From NCBI RefSeq assembly GCF_006345805.1, contig NW_021828588.1, positions 1 through 7,987 on the forward strand: a stretch of DNA of 7,987 nt, written 5' to 3'. The position numbers were made by a program, and so were the translations under genes. Positions 6,992 to 7,987 of this stretch are shown piece after piece (the first letter of the stretch is position 1; each line of letters opens with the position of its first letter). Under the pieces are notes generated by a model. It made no database searches, was not told the DNA's origin, and saw only the letters and a program-made list of their open reading frames with translations. Source of the DNA: Octopus sinensis (taxonomy: Eukaryota).

Positions 6992-7220
6992 AGAGGTCTT
7001 GAGAAAGAGGGCTTTGCTGGCTATTTGAAACATCAGCGTCTGAAAAGATTCTGAAAGTCTAGATATGGTAGCAGCAGGATTTGACTGGCCTGCGGTGGTC
7101 ACCCGATTCTGCCCACTGATGTGTCTCAACAGAACGAAATCACGTGATGTGGGGATTCTGGTACCCATGACAGAGAAATTCCGTCTGCTATTATCTATGT
7201 GTGTGCATTTATGCTCGGGC
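6992..7220 (+). pseudogene. Possible decayed L1/Tx1-like ORF2 endonuclease remnant
   Basis: Peptide fragments occur in the expected order across frames: RGL..., LDMVA, KSRDVGILV (compare KSRGVAILI-type motifs of L1-clade APE endonucleases) and FRLL...IYA. It is frameshifted and too short between motifs, so the call is weak. Confidence 0.3.
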
Positions 7221-7353
7221 GATTATGAGAGAGGATCTCCCAAGGGCCAATTACGCAGCATTCGGTGTTCTTTCAAGGCATCCATGTTAAGTTGGATATG
7301 AAGATTAACTTTTGGTATTAACACTGCTACTTCCGGCCCTAATAATTGATACT

Positions 7354-7804
7354 AATTTCAGATTTTTGACACAAGGCCAGCAATTTTGGGTGAGGGTTAG
7401 GATTAGACGATTACATCGAACCCATTACTCGGCTGGTACTTATTTTATTAAAGGCAGCGAGCTGGCAGAAACGTTAGCATGCCGGGCGAAATGCGTAGCC
7501 GTATTTCGTCTGCTTATGTTCTGAGTTCAAATTCCGCCGAGGTCGACTTTGCCCTTCATCCTTTCGGGGTCGATTAAATAAGTACCAGTTGCGCACTGGA
7601 GTCGATATAATCGACTTAATCCGTTTGTCTGTCCTTGTTTCTCCTCTCTGTGTTTAGCCCCTTGTGGGCAGAAAAGAAATAGGTACTTATTTTATCAACC
7701 CCAAAAGGATAAAAGGCAAAGTCGACCACGGTGCAATCTGAACTCAGAACGTGAATTACGGACGAAATGCTATAAAGCATTTTGCCCGGCATGCTAACGA
7801 TTCT
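7354..7804 (-). mobile_element. Older, diverged family B-related SINE split by a nested younger copy (pieces at about 7354-7448 and 7696-7804)
   Basis: Removing 7449-7695 restores ...gattacatcgaaccc...ctggtacttattttat|caaccccaaaaggataaaaggcaaagtcgacc...gaactcagaacgt...gcccggcatgctaacg, which is collinear with the reverse complement of family B. Confidence 0.85.
7452..7681 (+). mobile_element. SINE family B, full-length younger copy with 14-bp TSD
   Basis: Homologous to 5401-5634 and flanked by GGTACTTATTTTAT at 7435-7448 and 7682-7695. Confidence 0.93.
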
Positions 7805-7816
7805 TTTCTGTTATGG

Positions 7817-7987
7817 GCATAAGGACTGAAGTTTTGGAGGAAGGGGCCAGTCGATTGCATTGAGCCCGGTGTTTCACTGGTACTTATTTAATCGACCCCG
7901 AAAGGATGAAAGGCAAAGTCGACCTCGGCGGAATTTGAACTCAGAACGTAACGGCAGACGAAATACGGCTACGCATTTCGCCCAGCC
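7817..7987 (-). mobile_element. SINE family B-related copy, reaching the right window edge
   Basis: 7876-7983 is the reverse complement of 7484-7589 with two substitutions and a 2-nt indel. 7817-7875 resembles the 3' end type of the older copy at about 7368-7434. Confidence 0.9.

Overview
Non-coding, repeat-dominated eukaryotic DNA. The SINE families and microsatellite load look like an octopus (coleoid cephalopod) genome; this is recognition from memory, not a database result. No credible intact protein-coding gene is present, and the supplied ORFs are read-throughs of microsatellites and SINEs. The window contains a 19-bp minisatellite (1-473), three minus-strand copies of a tRNA-headed SINE ('family A'), several copies of a second tRNA-derived SINE ('family B', two insertions with clear target-site duplications, one of them nested in an older copy), long (TG)n/(TA)n arrays and a 45-bp minisatellite split by a SINE. 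A decayed LINE endonuclease remnant may also be present. The most notable structure is a ~526-bp spacer-less palindrome (3421-3946) made of two head-to-head elements, each reading tRNA-like Pol III head, (AAT/AAC)n, then a minimal type I hammerhead-ribozyme motif. A third hammerhead motif with the same unusual signature (CYGATGA-A...GAAACGTT) lies in an unrelated repeat at 2620-2654. Together these suggest Penelope-type or retrozyme-like non-autonomous elements, including a candidate Pol III-driven ribozyme-bearing SINE.
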